DNA from: Schizosaccharomyces osmophilus
Lineage: Eukaryota
Direction of reading: 5' to 3'
Length of the DNA stretch: 64,000 nucleotides
NCBI RefSeq assembly: GCF_027921745.1
Contig: NC_079239.1
Span: 2,976,001-3,040,000 of the forward strand
Made by a program: the position numbers and the translations under genes. The number at the start of each line of letters is the position of its first letter. The stretch's first letter is position 1. Shown in pieces: positions 60,152 to 64,000 of this stretch. The notes under the pieces were generated by a model. That model was not told the origin of the DNA and did not search any database. It was given only the letters and a program-made list of their open reading frames with translations.

Positions 60152-61114
60152 TCAGATGGATTCTTCTTCTTCATTTCCTTTTTGATTTTCTTCCAAATAT
60201 TTTTCTTCCATCTCACGTTCGTATCTATCATATTCTTCTTTTCGATCTATCCAGCGTTCTTGAGGCGAGACGTCCTGCAAAGGATCACCTCCTTGTCTGA
60301 CAGCATTTGCCCATACTATATCACCTCCGACTTCGGTTGATCCAAAAGCATATCCCCCGGCTTGGTCAATTTTTTGAAGCAAATGGAGCATGCTAGCCTT
60401 ATTTTCAACAGCAAGGACCTCAAAAGACACAAGTCCGAACTCTTCAATCAATTCACAAATAGTTTTGTTTAGCTGACTATAGCGTAGGAGCCGCGGATCA
60501 CGGTCAAGGATGGGAGTAAGGTAAGAAAGATCTTCCACATTGGTATAAAAATCTAGGTTCATGGGTAACGCTGCATAACTCGAAAGTAAATCAGCTTTCG
60601 ATAGAACATTAATATGAGGCAAGTCCAATTGAAGCATTCCCTTCAAGCAAACCAAAAGAGCACTAATGTATGCAGCAGGATCAGTGCAACAAAACGAGTC
60701 AACGAGCTGAACCACTACTGGACGGAAATCAATACGCTTTGATAAGGTAGAGATAATTTTTTGAAGGGAGTCATGATCGGTAAATAGCTCGACCTGTCCA
60801 GGACAGTCGATAATAACGTATGCATCTTTATGTGATTCCAATTCTTCGCATAGCCAATCGACATGGTATTCTATGGTTTCCATTGCAAAAATCAGAGCAC
60901 CATTCGGTCCTAAATCGTAATTGCTTTGAATGGTTTCAATGTCAATCACTTTTCGGATATCAATTGTGCAAGGATAGCTCATAAAGTCGTTCGCTGGGTC
61001 CAAATTCACAATTATACATTGCCTACCAATAGCAGAGAGAAATTGATGCATGCCAAAGCAATAAGTTGATTTACCAGAACCAGGCGGACCTACAACTACT
61101 TGACCGAATGGCAT
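60152..61114 (-). CDS. gpn2: GPN-loop GTPase 2
   Basis: GPPGSGKST, NLDPAN, LGPNG, DCPGQVELFT. Confidence 0.93.
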   Translation of the reverse strand: MPFGQVVVGPPGSGKSTYCFGMHQFLSAIGRQCIIVNLDPANDFMSYPCTIDIRKVIDIETIQSNYDLGPNGALIFAMETIEYHVDWLCEELESHKDAYVIIDCPGQVELFTDHDSLQKIISTLSKRIDFRPVVVQLVDSFCCTDPAAYISALLVCLKGMLQLDLPHINVLSKADLLSSYAALPMNLDFYTNVEDLSYLTPILDRDPRLLRYSQLNKTICELIEEFGLVSFEVLAVENKASMLHLLQKIDQAGGYAFGSTEVGGDIVWANAVRQGGDPLQDVSPQERWIDRKEEYDRYEREMEEKYLEENQKGNEEEESI

Positions 61115-61560
61115 CGTAAATCAAATGTTGGCGACAAAGCTGCTAAATGAATTTAAGGCCTGAATGAACACAGAAAGGTATAAGGGAAACAAGAAAAATT
61201 CTATTTAATGAAGAAAATAGGAATTAACCAAAATAAAATGCACAAGAAGAATTGTTTAGCGTAATCTTTAGAGATCCTTCGTGAAGAATGGTCAAGGATT
61301 TGTGTTTTTCGTGAAGCAAATGTAATTAAGTTTATTGAAAATTTTGTCTTTCCAAACTTCCACCTTTAATTATTAGAAATAAATACAACACGCAGCTAGA
61401 TGTAGTCGTGTATTACTGACATTTAGTGTAGGAAGATGAGTTGCAAAAAGTACTCTCGCTGTGTTACTAAACCAACGACGAAGACAGGAATCAGCTATCA
61501 TATATATTAGTTGAACGAATACTCATAATTACTGACGATTTTAATTTAATTTTACAATCA

Positions 61561-62214
61561 ATGTTTAGATTACAAGCGAAAGGCTTCAAAACCGCCATTA
61601 GCTTACAGAAACCTGCTTTACGTGAAACTTTCACAAAATTTCCTGTTAGGCGCAGTCTTTTTAGTTTCCAAGGATGTCGTAAAGGATTGTACAGTACTTC
61701 CAGCAAGGAAGGCAAAGAGTCGTATTTCGAAATGTTTGATTGCGACCCTTCAACGTTGCAAAAGAATCCATTTGAAATAGACACTGGAGCCCTACGATCT
61801 ATATATTTAAAGAAAATTAAGATCCACCATCCAGATGTTGCCAAAGGGGTGGATTCTAATAGTTCTCAGTTGAAATCTGCTGAACTTACAAGGGCTTATA
61901 ATACCCTGATGGTACCATTAAGCAGGGCTGAATATATTTTGCAACAAAAAGGAATCTCTACAGATTCGGAAAATATCTCTGATAAGGATCCAGAGTTCTT
62001 GATGCAAATTATGGACGTTCACGAGGAGATTTCATCCAACAGAGACTCTCCTGAGAAGATTGAACAGCTGATGAGCGAGAACAATGGTCGTAAAAGTGAA
62101 GAAATACAAAAAATAAGTGTTGCAATGTCGAATGCTGACTGGGAATTGGCTGCACTGCATGTTAGTCGATTGAGATACTGGAATACTGTTGACAGAATCC
62201 TTCGTGAGCTTTGA
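61561..62214 (+). CDS. jac1: Mitochondrial Fe-S co-chaperone HscB/Jac1
   Basis: Basic presequence, J-domain HPD, AYNTL..RAEYIL, DPEFLMQIMD. Confidence 0.92.
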   Translation: MFRLQAKGFKTAISLQKPALRETFTKFPVRRSLFSFQGCRKGLYSTSSKEGKESYFEMFDCDPSTLQKNPFEIDTGALRSIYLKKIKIHHPDVAKGVDSNSSQLKSAELTRAYNTLMVPLSRAEYILQQKGISTDSENISDKDPEFLMQIMDVHEEISSNRDSPEKIEQLMSENNGRKSEEIQKISVAMSNADWELAALHVSRLRYWNTVDRILREL

Positions 62215-62433
62215 TTTTCGCAAGCACAAGCTATTAATTTTAACGTGTTAATGAATCTATTTTTGAAATAGACCTATACATCCCTTCTTCACTTTTACAG
62301 CCATCATGTTTTTACGTTGAACACTACTCAAAAAGGCAAATTTGCTCAAAAATCCCTTGTCCTATTTTTTAAAGAATAGACTGAAAACGTTTTAAAATGT
62401 AATTAATAAAATCATAAAAATTTTTGTTTGTTC

Positions 62434-63649
62434 TCACGATAGTGGGTAGGAGGACACTGCCTCTACATTTGGCGTACTTTCCTCAGTCGTAGATAATTCA
62501 TGACATGAAGTCGCATGTCTTTGAAGATCATAAAGTCTTTTAAATCGGAACTCACATCCAGGAACTGGGCAAGGAAAGAGGCGATTACCTTCGTAGCCGT
62601 ATCCCGTGAGTTGATTTACAACCTGCTCGATATCAGAAGTGGTATGCGACAAATTTATCTCTCTGTCATCAGCCGGGATAACTGGTAAGTTTTGTCTGCT
62701 TGTTGCATCTTCTTGAGAAGCACTTGATTCAAGACATTTGCTTTTCTCACTATGCCTTTGTAACATATGTTTGTATCCAAATTTCATTCCGCAATTAGGG
62801 CAAGAGAAAGGTAATACACCTTCGTGTGTTACATGAACATGCTTTCGCAATGCAGACCCTCTAGTAAACGATTTGGAGCATCCTTCGTAAGAGCATTTAA
62901 GACACTTCCTTTCTTCGAGAGTTGTCATATGAAGAGCAACATGGTGTCGAAGATGAGCCGCGCTGCGAAACCGTCTTTTACAAATGTAGCAAGTAGGCAC
63001 GTGAGCTTCGCGAATATGTCCTTGTAATTGACTCCATTTTTCAAAACCAGGATTATCAAGGCAAGACTCGTGAGGACATTTGTAGGTCACTATTTTTTCG
63101 TGAATACGATCGATGTGGTTTTGAAGTCTCTGTTTCGTCGCAAATCCTTGAGCACATCCTGCAACGGTGCAAGGAAAAGGTGATGAATGAGTATGTTCAT
63201 TCGCTATGTGCAAGCGTAATTGTTGATGCTTTGCAAACCGCTCTGGACAACCCTCCCAAGTACAAAAGTATGGCCTAGGTTTTTTGTGGATAACTTCATG
63301 TCGTAAAAGATGCTGAAGCGTATAGAATGAAGAAGAGCAACCTTCATAGCCACAAGTAAATGGCTTAATATTCGTGTGAGAACGTTGGTGAGATTTCAAA
63401 TGAGAGTTACGAAAGAAAGATTTTCCACATCCTGAATGCTCACAAATGTATGGACGCTAATACATCGTTAACATCAACTCAATATTATACTTATTCAACA
63501 ACTTGTTGATTACATACCTCATTCGAATGTGTACGAAGGTGTTGTTCTAACAGTGAAGGTCTTGAGTAGTATTTGTTGCACTCCTCAAATGGGCAAGCAT
63601 AAGCCATTTTCATTCCCTCCTGTGATTTAGCTTCGATCTCTCTATCCAT
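62434..63649 (-). CDS. sfc2: Transcription factor TFIIIA (exons 63649-63518, 63456-62434)
   Basis: Nine tandem zinc fingers (ninth C2HC), a spacer, then a tenth finger, the arrangement known for S. pombe TFIIIA. Confidence 0.88.
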
Positions 63650-64000
63650 GTCTGATGCAAATGCAAATTATAGGTAAAATATCCAAACTTAACCCAATAT
63701 CTATACAATTAAGCCCAAAAAATCATGTTTTTTTTTTAATTAAGAGAAATAAAAGACAAAACAAAATGAAATAGACTATCCAAATTCTGAATTTTTAAGA
63801 ACAAATTCAGTTGAAAAAGTTCGCCAACAAAAGCAATTCCTATAGTACCAAAATTCCCAAATCAGGCTACACTTATTGCAACTAAGAAAGAACGTTCTTT
63901 TTGTCAACGCGTACGCAATTGAGATATTGTATAGAAGAAAGAGCTTAGAAGGAATGAAAAGTTAAAATATCGTTGTGGTAATACGAACAAATACGATATC

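Noticed and set aside
62434..63649. Functional linkage between TFIIIA and the 5S fragment
   Set aside because: They are 35 kb apart and 5S copies are dispersed genome-wide; ten-finger TFIIIA is already known in fission yeast.
1..64000. Transposons/LTRs, tRNA genes, CRISPR arrays or other prokaryotic systems
   Set aside because: None recognisable by eye; the sequence is clearly spliced fungal DNA. Degenerate solo LTRs cannot be excluded without a search.

Overview
Eukaryotic, intron-containing fission-yeast chromosomal DNA. Proteins closely resemble Schizosaccharomyces pombe chromosome I genes but are diverged and locally rearranged, so it is probably the S. octosporus/osmophilus/cryophilus clade (inference). 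About 26 housekeeping genes are recognisable, from arp2 to TFIIIA/sfc2; many are spliced, so their true coordinates differ from the ORF track. The one accessory feature lies between mid2 and sin1. It is a wtf-like (meiotic-driver family) multi-pass membrane gene with PY motifs, a DLEKG motif, IGN-type 21/33-bp repeats, a hidden in-frame intron and upstream Mei4/forkhead FLEX sites, followed by a decayed 5S rDNA fragment. Smaller oddities are a 47-bp palindrome upstream of arp2, a divergent pvg5/pet1 pathway pair and overlapping dli1/tel2 stop codons. Gene names and synteny come from recalled S. pombe knowledge, not from database searches.
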